Source of the DNA: Bacteroidales bacterium
GTDB lineage: Bacteria > Bacteroidota > Bacteroidia > Bacteroidales > WCHB1-69
Reading direction: 5' to 3'
Assembly: GCA_024400635.1 (NCBI GenBank)
Contig: JAKSMI010000007.1
Location: forward strand, 14,363 to 78,362
Length of the DNA stretch: 64,000 nt
In this document: positions 29,774 through 40,009 of the stretch, one piece after another
Position numbering within the stretch: the first letter of the stretch is position 1
Layout: every line of letters starts with the position of its first letter
Notes under the pieces: generated by a model
The model's database searches: none
Seen by the model: only the letters and a program-made list of their open reading frames with translations
What the model was told of the DNA's origin: nothing
Program-made: the position numbers and the translations under genes

Positions 29774-30756
29774 TATCTATTCCTCTTAATAATATTCATT
29801 AATCGGAGTATAGCCTCGTAAAACGAATAGGGCATATTCAAAAATATCCAGCTGGTAACTTTCAGTGGTAAACTTCGTTTATCATCCCGCAACGGAACTT
29901 CACGCCAAGGAGTGGAATTATGAAATTCCAAGAATTTATAACCATACGGATGCTTGCAATGCCTAACCCATGGCCGGCCTAAAAAACCTTCCGTGAAATG
30001 AATAATAACAGGATCAGCTTTTGCACTTTCAAGTTCTTCCTCTGTATAGAATGGATTGTTGAATTGCTTCAATAATTTATGGGGATGAGAAAAAAAGTAA
30101 GAAGTCATGTTATATTCGGGACCGAGTATTTTTATACGACCGGAACAAACCCCGTTTATCAATCCTTGATCCTGATGATAAACATTGCCATTGTATTTCA
30201 GGATGAAAGTTTTGAATTTATCGATGATGTCTTCTCTTCTCCACTCATCTATATTTATTAATAGTACACCGGCATTTACGTATGGATAGTTGTCAGGCAT
30301 GCCAATAGCAGTTTTTGGCTTCGCGTCCATGTGGGCATCAAGAACGCCTGCAACCAAATTATCGCATAGTTCCGTATTCCACATTTCGTATAGCGAACCT
30401 GTTATGACAACATCACAATCGACATAGATAATTCTGCTTATTTCTTCATCCACATATTCGGTCAATAACAGACGTGCATACGAACAAATATTCATTGTCT
30501 CTCCTGCCGCATTGACTCCTAAACGGCCAGAGATATCTCTGATGTCGTATGTTATCAATTCGCCTTTGTCCTGTGGAATGGTCAATCTGATTTTTTCGAC
30601 ACATTCTGGAATTATACCATTTGAAAAGAGATGGACTGTGATTTTGTCGAATACATCTCTGTTATTTGCAAATAGAGATGTAGTAACCACCGATACGAAT
30701 TCAGCATAATTCGTATCAGAAGCTATCATCAAGTGTAAATGTTTGGGGTCTAACAT
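29773..30756 (-). CDS. Glycosyltransferase family 8
   Basis: YARLLL, IIYVDCD, YVNAGVLLIN, DQGLIN, IIHFT..RPW. Confidence 0.92.
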   Translation of the reverse strand: MLDPKHLHLMIASDTNYAEFVSVVTTSLFANNRDVFDKITVHLFSNGIIPECVEKIRLTIPQDKGELITYDIRDISGRLGVNAAGETMNICSYARLLLTEYVDEEISRIIYVDCDVVITGSLYEMWNTELCDNLVAGVLDAHMDAKPKTAIGMPDNYPYVNAGVLLINIDEWRREDIIDKFKTFILKYNGNVYHQDQGLINGVCSGRIKILGPEYNMTSYFFSHPHKLLKQFNNPFYTEEELESAKADPVIIHFTEGFLGRPWVRHCKHPYGYKFLEFHNSTPWREVPLRDDKRSLPLKVTSWIFLNMPYSFYEAILRLMNIIKRNR

Positions 30757-30757
30757 A

Positions 30758-31815
30758 TCAACATTTGTATATTTCTTTCAAGATTTTATTTGCTATAATT
30801 TTCATATCAAAATCTGCAATGATATTTTTGTTTGGCTCATAATGAATATTTTGATTTATCTCATCATATATAAAGTGAGCCCAGATATTGGCATTTTGGT
30901 GGACGTTCAGAAATCTTATGCATCCATAGTTTGCTTCTTCCGGTATGGCTTCGGATCCAAAGACACATAGTCCTGCTATTTGTGCTTCAATAACGCTCAA
31001 AGAAAGACCTTCAGTTAAAGATGGCATTAGCAGATATGATGCTTTACTGTAATAATTAGTAACATCATTTGTATAGCCGACCATTTTTACATTACTTTCC
31101 AATCCATATTCATTAATAACTTTATTGACAAGTTCGAACAATTCGCCATCTCCACACCACGTGAAATGTACGGCGAAGTCGAGTTTTATGAGCTCTTTCA
31201 TTATCTCCACAATGAATAGTGGATTCTTTTCCTTGCACATTCTTCCAACGATGAGTATCTCATTTTTGCTTTTATGCTGATTTGCGCATTTTGTTAAAGA
31301 ATCGGTATCTAGTCCACAGTGTATCACATTATAAGAACGTTCACCGCCATACCAATAACTGCCGGATTTCAAAGAACAGGCGATGCAATCTGTAGCCCAT
31401 AATCGCATTAGGATCTGTTGAACTTTCACTTTAAACAAGTTCCGGCAACTTCCAACCGAATGGGTATGTGATATTCGAATGGGAACTTTCATCTTTTTTG
31501 ACATTCTCATAACATAATGGTTGTATCCATCGAGATTTGAATGAACAATATCATATTTCTTTTGGCGTAACAATACCTCCAATTCATTCAAAAAGTTTTT
31601 TAGTCCACTCTGACCAACAATCAATGGAAGATGAAAGATTTTACCCCCCCCCCCCCCATAGACTTAATTAGTTGGTTTTCAAGAGTGTTGACCTCTCCAC
31701 ACAGAGCCACATCATACATAACACGGTTTACATCTGAACATTGTAGCAAATTGTCAGCAAACCGTTCAATTCCTCCGCCATCATATCTCCACATTAAAAA
31801 AAGTACACTTTTCAT
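30758..31815 (-). CDS. Glycosyltransferase family 4 (EpsF-like), frameshifted at a G14 tract
   Basis: 5' ORF GGIERF...SMGGGG; G12 or G15 gives MGGGG(G)KIFHLPLIV into the 3' ORF with VGRMCKEKN and PSLTEGLSLSVIEAQ. Confidence 0.85.
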
Positions 31816-32774
31816 ATTTTAATTTTTGTTTTACCTATTAGCAAAGGAAAAGATCTAATTGAATAGCAAATTGGATAGTAAAAGGCAAGAACAACAACGG
31901 CACTGTAAGCAATCCGAAACCATAAAGAGCAACTATGAATATCAAAAGGAATTAATAGTAGTGAGTGTAATGATAGTATCATTATTGTGCCGTTGGATAA
32001 TGTTTCTATAAGTCTCGATCTGTGTAATCCAGCTAACCTGAATAATGACATAAAGCCCACAGATGACAATATCCCAACAATGTAAAACAGGATTACTGAT
32101 TTACCAAGGCTGCAGTCGTAAAGTTCAACGCACCCATTGAATTTTGCACCTATTAAAGGAATTAAAATCAAAATTGAGCAGACCAGAATTTGTGCTGATT
32201 TTGGTATAGCGTCAATATACAACTCATTATTTTTGAATATTTTACCAATTATGAAAAAAGGATAAGAAACAATGGGAAGTAAAAGCCAATGAGGTTTAAT
32301 GCCTATTACGTGTAATATAATGATTAAAATACCCCCCCCTATCATAGTTAACACTGAAATACGATGTAATCGCAAATGCGATTCTACATATTCGAGGAAC
32401 ATATTGATAATTTTGATTTCGAATAAGACAGGCACAAACCATAGTGGGCCAGCAAAACCTTGGGGCCTTCCCACACAAAGGCAGAGCAGAGTATGTATTG
32501 TATCCTTGGACCCCACAATAAAAATAACGTATAGAGTGCTGATTATTCCATATATGAGGTATGGAATAAGTAATCGTTTTGCCGTTTTCTTTATGTAGCT
32601 TATGGCTGAGCCGGAGTATTTCTTTTCCAAATAACCAGAAATCATAAAAAATAATGGCATATGAAATGAGTAGATTAATGGACGTATCAATTCACTCCCA
32701 TCAGTCGTATGTCCCAGCACAACCAAATATATCCCGAAAACCTTTGCCCAATCAATCCAATACTTTCGTTCCAT
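31812..32774 (-). CDS. Acyltransferase family 3
   Basis: WIDWAKVFGIYLVVLGH, YSFHMPLFFMISG; in-frame G8 tract. Confidence 0.9.
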   Translation of the reverse strand: MERKYWIDWAKVFGIYLVVLGHTTDGSELIRPLIYSFHMPLFFMISGYLEKKYSGSAISYIKKTAKRLLIPYLIYGIISTLYVIFIVGSKDTIHTLLCLCVGRPQGFAGPLWFVPVLFEIKIINMFLEYVESHLRLHRISVLTMIGGGILIIILHVIGIKPHWLLLPIVSYPFFIIGKIFKNNELYIDAIPKSAQILVCSILILIPLIGAKFNGCVELYDCSLGKSVILFYIVGILSSVGFMSLFRLAGLHRSRLIETLSNGTIMILSLHSLLLIPFDIHSCSLWFRIAYSAVVVLAFYYPICYSIRSFPLLIGKTKIKI

Positions 32775-33709
32775 CAGTCAATATTGTTTTTCTGCCATTC
32801 AACAGTCTTAATAAAAGCGGTCTGAAAGTCTGTGAATACAAGGTCCTTGAATCTATTTTGCAATTTTGTGATATCCAATTGAAAACTCTGAACATCTATT
32901 TTGGACGCATCAATGTGTTTGATTTCAGTGGTCTGAAACTCCGCTGCTACATGATTTGCGATTTGATTCACTGACAACACAATGCCTGATGCCACATTAT
33001 AGACTCCAGTCTCGATACCGCTATCAAGGAACCCATGAATGATGCGACTCACATCATCAATGTATATATAATCTTTTTTGCCTTCGCCGCTTCCCCATAT
33101 TTCTATCGGAAGTCCTTTAAGAGCCCTTCTTATTGCAATGTTGATGAAGCCTTGTCTATCATTATAATGATACGGCCCAAACGGATTGCTCAACCTGAGA
33201 ATCAGCGTTCTAAAACCATATAGTTCAGAAAATGAAAGAAGATATTTCTCTATTGCAAGTTTTACAATTCCATAAGAACTTTTTGGATAAACAGCCTCTT
33301 CCTCATTATGTATCTTTTGAAGAGCATCTCCATAGATAGCCCCGCCGGATGACAAATAAACGATATCTTTTACATCGTGACGCTCCATAATTGCCAACAA
33401 GTTAAGCGTCGGAATCAAATTTGACTCAACGTCAAAACGAGCATTTTGAGATGTGGCAGGAACAGTATTGCTAAGACAATGTAGCACGATGTCTATTTTA
33501 TTTTCTCGGAAAATTTTTTCAATAATTAATTCATCCGCAAAATCTCCAGAATAAACTCTTTTTACGCATTGGCAGGCTACTCCTTTGATGTGGTGAGGAA
33601 ATTTATCGAATATTACCGCTTCATATTCATGAAAAGCATTCCTATCAATATATCTTAATATATTAGTAGCGATAAAACCGAATCCACCAAGAACTAGAAT
33701 TGTTGTCAT
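32774..33709 (-). CDS. NAD-dependent epimerase/dehydratase
   Basis: GGFGFIA, SSGGAIYG, YGIVK, RLSNPFGP, DYIYIDD. Confidence 0.9.
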   Translation of the reverse strand: MTTILVLGGFGFIATNILRYIDRNAFHEYEAVIFDKFPHHIKGVACQCVKRVYSGDFADELIIEKIFRENKIDIVLHCLSNTVPATSQNARFDVESNLIPTLNLLAIMERHDVKDIVYLSSGGAIYGDALQKIHNEEEAVYPKSSYGIVKLAIEKYLLSFSELYGFRTLILRLSNPFGPYHYNDRQGFINIAIRRALKGLPIEIWGSGEGKKDYIYIDDVSRIIHGFLDSGIETGVYNVASGIVLSVNQIANHVAAEFQTTEIKHIDASKIDVQSFQLDITKLQNRFKDLVFTDFQTAFIKTVEWQKNNID

Positions 33710-33719
33710 ACGGGCTGTG

Positions 33720-34805
33720 TTATTTAGTCAATAATTCCATCATGCAATCCATTACGCCATTAATCCATTTTTCAACAGAATGATTCTCTTTACATTTATC
33801 GACATTGAACTGTATCTCTTCATCAGAAATTCTATTGTGATTAGCTTTCAACATTGCATCTGACAATGCTTTTGAAGATTCTGACTTAAATTCAAAAACA
33901 TTCTTATATTGTCTTATCTGACGAGTAGTTTTTATGTCTGAGAAGATTATGGAGCAGCCGCAGTACAATGCCTCAATTATTGAGTTGTTGAACCCTTCGC
34001 CGCGACTTGCACACAAATATGCATCAGCATTTGCATAATATTCCTGGAGATTTGATACCGGAGGTAATATATGGAACCATGATGGCAACTCCGGGTAATT
34101 GTTTTTTATATATTCAGGGGTTGTTCCAAGTGACACCACATACAATTCAGCAATCACTTTACTCTTATTTATTTCTGCACAAGCATCGTATGCTATATCC
34201 AATCCTTTTAATATAGGATTATGACTAAAAAGAAGCAGATTGTATGGTTCACACCGTTCGTTGCGTCCAAAAATTGTTTTATACCTATTCAACTGAATGC
34301 CATCGTGCAATAATCTAACTTTCTTTGAATTTGTCATCGAGCAGATAGCATCATAGTTTTTGTTTGAAGTTGCTATTGAAATGGTATTCCTTGCACCAAT
34401 TAAATTATACTTAATCCAACTCCTAAGTCCAGAGAAACCACTACAATTGACATTCATCAATTGATGCCAAATTACAGGTATGTTGGGAGCCGCTAATTTA
34501 ACTGTGTATTCCCACCCACAGAATTGAGTGTAAATTATATTAATACTATGTTCTTTGAATATCGTTTTAAAAGTATTTATATTACTTTTCGAAAACGGAT
34601 TGTAATCTACAAAAAGAACCTCGAATCCCTTGTCTGTAAACATAGGTATCCAATCCATATATTTCACATTTGAAGGGAATACTATAACAACGTTATGCCC
34701 AAGAGTTCTCATCCTTACGCATAAAGCCAAATCAAGATGCATATAATTAGCTGGATATGGTCCCATATATGCAGAAACAAGAGCACAATTTATAACCATA
34801 ATCAA
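33720..34805 (-). CDS. Glycosyltransferase family 4
   Basis: KGLDIA, SRGEGFNNSIIEALYCG. Confidence 0.82.
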   Translation of the reverse strand: MIMVINCALVSAYMGPYPANYMHLDLALCVRMRTLGHNVVIVFPSNVKYMDWIPMFTDKGFEVLFVDYNPFSKSNINTFKTIFKEHSINIIYTQFCGWEYTVKLAAPNIPVIWHQLMNVNCSGFSGLRSWIKYNLIGARNTISIATSNKNYDAICSMTNSKKVRLLHDGIQLNRYKTIFGRNERCEPYNLLLFSHNPILKGLDIAYDACAEINKSKVIAELYVVSLGTTPEYIKNNYPELPSWFHILPPVSNLQEYYANADAYLCASRGEGFNNSIIEALYCGCSIIFSDIKTTRQIRQYKNVFEFKSESSKALSDAMLKANHNRISDEEIQFNVDKCKENHSVEKWINGVMDCMMELLTK

Positions 34806-34808
34806 TAT

Positions 34809-35789
34809 TTATCTAAACTTGTAATATAAAAATATGATAGTAGAAAGTCTATAACGGATAAGGAAACAAAACACCTTGTCCATAATGTTTCCATCAATTT
34901 TAGCGGGGAGAAGTTCAAAAAGCGATTTTTCGTTCAGAACCCATCTGATAAGGTTTAGTCTGTTTTGTTTCTGCTCAAATACTAATGGGAAAAGTGCTTT
35001 ATAAGCTCCTAATACTGCTTGACTAACAGCTTTATCTATACTGTTTTTATCAATAGAGAAACTGGATAGCAGAGTACGGTAACATTGCAAATTCCCTGCA
35101 GCACGTTCTACAAGTTTCTGGTCGAATATACGGCTCAAGGTCTCCCTCTGTCTGTTAAAATAATGATAACCCAAATATGAGATAAACATTATGTCGGGAT
35201 GATATTGCATATACCGGCTCATAAATTCGACATCCTCGTAGCCGAAAAGACCTTTCTGATAATATAATTTGTCCCGTACCAGAAACTCCCGTTTAAAAAG
35301 CTTGTTCCACGCAAAGTTGACATATTGTCCGACAAGATTCAAGTCAAATTTTGCCGGGACTGGCTCCAGACAATCAATGAATTTGTGTTCTGTCAGTGTT
35401 GTAGTATCGCCGGATTCCGTATCAACATAATAACCACAAATCACCAAGTCCTTATTGTTCGTGGTTATAGCAGAATGCATTCTACTATAGAAATCTGGTT
35501 CTATAGTGTCATCACTGTCGAAAAAGTGGACGTATTCACCTACGGCTCTGTCCAATCCGTAATTTCTGGCATCCGAAAGCCCCCCATTTTCTTTTTCAAG
35601 GACTTTTATTCTGGAATCTTTCTGCTCGTATTCTCTTGCCACTTCGTCACTTTTGTCTTTGATTCCATCCAAGACCACCAGCAGTTCCCAATCCTGAAAA
35701 TCCTGTTTGAGGACACTTTCGATAGCAGCAGAGATGTATTTTTCAACACCGTATGCAGGCATTACAATTGAAATTTCCGGATTACTCAT
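34809..35789 (-). CDS. Glycosyltransferase family 2
   Basis: ISIVMPAYGVE, ENGGLSDARN.G, FFDSDD, AWNKLF. Confidence 0.92.
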   Translation of the reverse strand: MSNPEISIVMPAYGVEKYISAAIESVLKQDFQDWELLVVLDGIKDKSDEVAREYEQKDSRIKVLEKENGGLSDARNYGLDRAVGEYVHFFDSDDTIEPDFYSRMHSAITTNNKDLVICGYYVDTESGDTTTLTEHKFIDCLEPVPAKFDLNLVGQYVNFAWNKLFKREFLVRDKLYYQKGLFGYEDVEFMSRYMQYHPDIMFISYLGYHYFNRQRETLSRIFDQKLVERAAGNLQCYRTLLSSFSIDKNSIDKAVSQAVLGAYKALFPLVFEQKQNRLNLIRWVLNEKSLFELLPAKIDGNIMDKVFCFLIRYRLSTIIFLYYKFR

Positions 35790-36894
35790 TTATAAACGAC
35801 TCAAATTCGTTGATTAACTTCTTTGTTGAGAACAATGATGCCCGCTCATCACACAATCTCTTGAGATTGATCTTAAAATCAACATCTGAAAAGACTTTTA
35901 ACAACGCTTCATATATGCCCTGCTCGTCATTAGAGAAAATTCCGGGGTAATCATTTCCTAATATCTCCTTCATACCGGAGCACTCGGTTGTAATGACAGG
36001 TACTCCCAATAATACCGATTCTGTCACAGCCGTACTATATCCTTCAAATCTTGAGGAACAAACAAACAAATCCATTTTAGATATATACTCGTATGGCTTC
36101 TGAACAAATCCAAGGAAAGTAACCTTATCGGATATACCTCCTTCTACGGTCAACTGTTTTAAATGTTCGAGGTCTTCGCCTCTCCCCAATAAATAAAGAT
36201 GCCATTCATTGAATCCTTGCTGATGAAGTCTTCCCAACACCTTTACCAGTCTATCGTATCCCTTTTGATGATTCAATCGCCCGACACTGCAAAGATTGAT
36301 TACGTTGTCGCTTAATGGAATTGGAATCTCATTTTTCGCTTTATTGAGAATTTCGTCTATGTCAATTACGTTATGGACAACCTGAACATTCATATCGTGC
36401 CATCCCGTCCTTTCAATGAAGCTGGTTTTAGTATTCTCCGACACACAAGCAATTTTATCGAAACGGCGGTAACATATCGACGCTTCTTTCAGACTGCGAA
36501 AAGAGGAAAAATACTTCTTTAAGTTAGTAATCTCTACGTGAATCCACGCAAAAATTTTCGCTGACGGATTTTTACAACCACTTACAATTCTTGCGGCACT
36601 TCCTTCGAGATAAGCTATTTCATAATCATATTTGTCTTTAATGAACCACCTGTGCAACAATTTAGGAGGGAATAATGTCAGTAGTTTATTGATTCCCGAG
36701 ATTGGAGCGAAATCAAACACCCACTGACGTCTGATATTGCTATTCAGCAAATTCTTATTCACGCCATAATTGAATAAAGTCTTGACCGTAATGTCATATT
36801 TATCTTTATCAAGAGCATTAGCCAGGTTTACCAGGACACGTTCTGCGCCACCATTGCCTAAATCGAAATGAAAAAACAGTATCTTCTTTTTCAT
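35782..36894 (-). CDS. Glycosyltransferase family 4
   Basis: GGAERVLVNL, SVGRLNHQKGYDRL, SSRFEGYSTAVTE. Confidence 0.92.
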   Translation of the reverse strand: MKKKILFFHFDLGNGGAERVLVNLANALDKDKYDITVKTLFNYGVNKNLLNSNIRRQWVFDFAPISGINKLLTLFPPKLLHRWFIKDKYDYEIAYLEGSAARIVSGCKNPSAKIFAWIHVEITNLKKYFSSFRSLKEASICYRRFDKIACVSENTKTSFIERTGWHDMNVQVVHNVIDIDEILNKAKNEIPIPLSDNVINLCSVGRLNHQKGYDRLVKVLGRLHQQGFNEWHLYLLGRGEDLEHLKQLTVEGGISDKVTFLGFVQKPYEYISKMDLFVCSSRFEGYSTAVTESVLLGVPVITTECSGMKEILGNDYPGIFSNDEQGIYEALLKVFSDVDFKINLKRLCDERASLFSTKKLINEFESFINE

Positions 36895-36997
36895 AATAAC
36901 CTAAATGCAGATATTATTTTGTTATGGACCTTATCGAAATGGCTTTTAAGCTTCGGTATATTTTAGATATAATTGCATCAGTCGCATCAGTAGTAAT

Positions 36998-37999
36998 TTA
37001 AAAATGTTTAAAAACAAACTTCTCAATTCGACTTAAAAAACAAGCGCCCAGTAAAGATACAAGTATTAAAAATACGAAGATTAATACTGGATATTTTGGG
37101 GAATATATTAGTTCTTGAAAGAAATAATAGCAAAAATATGTATGTATCATCCACATATAGGTTGAGTATTTTCCTAATACCGACAAGACTCTCCCCATTT
37201 TATTATCTAATCTGACAAACATTAAAAACAAGACAAGTATTGAGGAGAAAATCAACACATCAAAATATCTTGAAAATAAACACCTAACAACTAACAAGCA
37301 TACTATACCCCCCCCCATCAGGAGTCTATTTTTACTAATAATATTGCAAACTTTCTGGGAGAAGGCTCCATTCTCAGCATAGTATGCGAATAGCATACCA
37401 ACAATAAAGGGAGCGATAAAATGCAAAATCATATATAGATCGTAGATTGCATAACTATACATCATAACCTCATGATAACCTATGAAATGTGCAATTAAAA
37501 TATCAATGATACGGGTGACTGCTATGATACCTACCGACAGAATTCGAGAATGCTGAACAATTTTAAAAAAAAATGGTGCAAGAAGCGACACTAAAACAAA
37601 AGGAAATAAAAACCACAGTTCATAATTATACGTTGTATGAAATGCAGTGACATTTTCAATAATAGTCAAAATATCGCCAGGATATCCCTTAATTCCCATT
37701 AAGAACCCAATTGGTACATAAAACGCCAATGTGATCCAGTACTTCCGATACAGTAAAAAAATCCTTCTAAACTTATTCTTATCCCAACCGCATAAATTTT
37801 TAATATACAAACCATACCCAGATAAAATGAGGAAAATATATACAGGACACATTATTGGGCAAAACATTGACGACAAAGGTTTGCCATCAATCATTAAATC
37901 TTGAATCAACTGCCAATCACAACTGCGGACAAAAAGATGCGCATATAGCATCATGATAATTGCTACACCTTTTATCTGTATGCTACGTTCCTTATTCAC
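36998..37999 (-). CDS. Acyltransferase family 3
   Basis: IKGVAIIMMLYAHLF, IFLILSGYG, WFLFPF, LGKYSTYMWMIH; in-frame G9 tract; GTG 37999 taken as start. Confidence 0.85.
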   Translation of the reverse strand: MNKERSIQIKGVAIIMMLYAHLFVRSCDWQLIQDLMIDGKPLSSMFCPIMCPVYIFLILSGYGLYIKNLCGWDKNKFRRIFLLYRKYWITLAFYVPIGFLMGIKGYPGDILTIIENVTAFHTTYNYELWFLFPFVLVSLLAPFFFKIVQHSRILSVGIIAVTRIIDILIAHFIGYHEVMMYSYAIYDLYMILHFIAPFIVGMLFAYYAENGAFSQKVCNIISKNRLLMGGGIVCLLVVRCLFSRYFDVLIFSSILVLFLMFVRLDNKMGRVLSVLGKYSTYMWMIHTYFCYYFFQELIYSPKYPVLIFVFLILVSLLGACFLSRIEKFVFKHF

Positions 38000-39020
38000 A
38001 AAAAATATTATTAAATCGTTGTAGAATACTATTGTGTACCATATTAAAATCATTCAGCAGTCTATCATCTGAATCACCAAGTGTCGACTCCTCAACAAAC
38101 TTAATATATCCACAATCCTTAATCCACTCATAACAAGCATGGATCTTAAAATTTGAATTAGGAAATACAATCGCAGGAGTGCCGGTAATGAAGGCAAAAA
38201 TCATCCCGTGCAACCGGTCTGTAATGACAAGTTCTGAATGAGAGAATGCCGACCAAATCTTATGCAATTCACCAAGACGTTCTTCCTGAGAAAGATTTCC
38301 CCGACCTATATGAGTATCATAATCCTTGTACTCCATACTGGAGGTTTCAAGCAATTTAACAATTTCGTCTCTTACATCTGTTTTCTTTTCCGAATCATTA
38401 CGCAAGCATAAAATGACACCTTTACGCGATTCGCCTGTCTGACGCTCGTCCAAAGTCATTACAATATCAGGAACCAATTTAATATCATTCTTGTAAAAAT
38501 GATGTTTCATTAAGTGGTATGAAACAGATTCTCTCGCAAGAATTGTCAAATTAGGATGAGAAGAGTATATCCTTTTTGCTTTAGCAAGTGAAAACCGGCC
38601 AGAAAGAGTTTTTGAGAAATCAAGTGTCTGAGGAAAAGAAATAATCCTGTTATTTTTGAATGACTTGATGACTAACTGACGCAAGAATTCAATATCGTCA
38701 TACATATCACCCATATTGCCACCTCCAACAATAGTGATAATATCATCTTTCTTAACAATGCGTTTTATAGCCTTGATTCCCGCAAAAGTTTTCGAGATGG
38801 GAATTTCTATTATCTCAGCATTGGGGAATCTTTCAGACAAAAATTCAGTCTGAGCGTATGTGATAGCCACATCACCAAGGTTCCCATAATCTGCCGCAAG
38901 GAAAAAATAACATTTTTCACGTTCGCTATATGGCACAACAAAATCATTTGCCTTGGCTTTCCAATAGGCAAATTTAAGTTTGAGCCGTAAAATGAAATGG
39001 CTGATTATCTTAGATGACAT
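37992..39020 (-). CDS. Polysaccharide pyruvyl transferase
   Basis: YGNLGDVAI, GGGNMGD, FPQT, ARE.VSY, ITDRLHGMI. Confidence 0.92.
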   Translation of the reverse strand: MSSKIISHFILRLKLKFAYWKAKANDFVVPYSEREKCYFFLAADYGNLGDVAITYAQTEFLSERFPNAEIIEIPISKTFAGIKAIKRIVKKDDIITIVGGGNMGDMYDDIEFLRQLVIKSFKNNRIISFPQTLDFSKTLSGRFSLAKAKRIYSSHPNLTILARESVSYHLMKHHFYKNDIKLVPDIVMTLDERQTGESRKGVILCLRNDSEKKTDVRDEIVKLLETSSMEYKDYDTHIGRGNLSQEERLGELHKIWSAFSHSELVITDRLHGMIFAFITGTPAIVFPNSNFKIHACYEWIKDCGYIKFVEESTLGDSDDRLLNDFNMVHNSILQRFNNIFCE

Positions 39021-39025
39021 ATTCT

Positions 39026-39985
39026 TTATATTCTTCCTAATGCTTTGTAATATAGCCACAACAATGGATAAGAATTCGCAAAAGCAAAATACATCACCCT
39101 ACGTGCAATACTCATATTCTTGAATTTAAAAATATCCTTTTTACATTCCGGATATACCTCATACCACATTCGCGCCTGTGCCGGCTTTGTACTTAGCAAA
39201 ACCATTTTTTTGCTAAACTTCAAAAAGTTCAACATAACCCGATACTCTTCATCCCCAGTCTCTTCAAAAAAATCAATCAACAACTTAAGATTCTTGCTTA
39301 TATTATTATTCCATAACGACAAATAATCATTGTTTTGAGTCAATGACCCCTCACGAAAAATATAATGATACACAGGTTTTTCAATATGAACGCATGACCC
39401 AGCATAATGAAACGCACGAAGCAACACATTCAAATCCTCACCAGTATTGATGTTGGGATATGGGTATAAATTATGTTTTTCGACTAACTCTCGGCGTAGC
39501 AAAGCAGACCATAATGAAGGAAAAAAATAAAATTCGTGAATATGTTTTATGCATTCAGACGGGATAGTATTATACAGATTATTTTTCACGATTTCAGTAC
39601 CCTCCCTATGTGAAAAGTAGTCACCTACTGCTATATCCGCTTTGCTTTCTACTGCCGCATTGTACATAATTTCAAAAGCATTTCTTTCATGGTAATCGTC
39701 CGGATCGCAATGAATGATATATTCACCAGTAGCCGCTTTCATCCCAACCGCCCGTGTATATGCCACTTTTGAGTTTTGATTATTGCTAATAAAATTCACA
39801 TATTTGGCACGTACGGGGTACCGTTTCAGAACATTCTTCACCACCGCAATACTATCGTCAGTACTACAATCATCAACGAAAATATACTCAACCTCATCCA
39901 ACGTTTGTTCAAAAAGCGATACTGCGCAACGTTCAATATACTGCGCAACATTATATACAGCAACGACAACACTTACCTTAATCAT
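39026..39985 (-). CDS. Glycosyltransferase family 2
   Basis: VSVVVAVYNV, VDDCSTD, HCDPDD, GEDL. Confidence 0.92.
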   Translation of the reverse strand: MIKVSVVVAVYNVAQYIERCAVSLFEQTLDEVEYIFVDDCSTDDSIAVVKNVLKRYPVRAKYVNFISNNQNSKVAYTRAVGMKAATGEYIIHCDPDDYHERNAFEIMYNAAVESKADIAVGDYFSHREGTEIVKNNLYNTIPSECIKHIHEFYFFPSLWSALLRRELVEKHNLYPYPNINTGEDLNVLLRAFHYAGSCVHIEKPVYHYIFREGSLTQNNDYLSLWNNNISKNLKLLIDFFEETGDEEYRVMLNFLKFSKKMVLLSTKPAQARMWYEVYPECKKDIFKFKNMSIARRVMYFAFANSYPLLWLYYKALGRI

Positions 39986-40009
39986 CTTTTAACCAAACAG
40001 CCTAACCAA

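Noticed and set aside
35580-35585. G6 run in a GT2 gene as a phase-variable tract
   Set aside because: Short and encodes the conserved NGGLS motif
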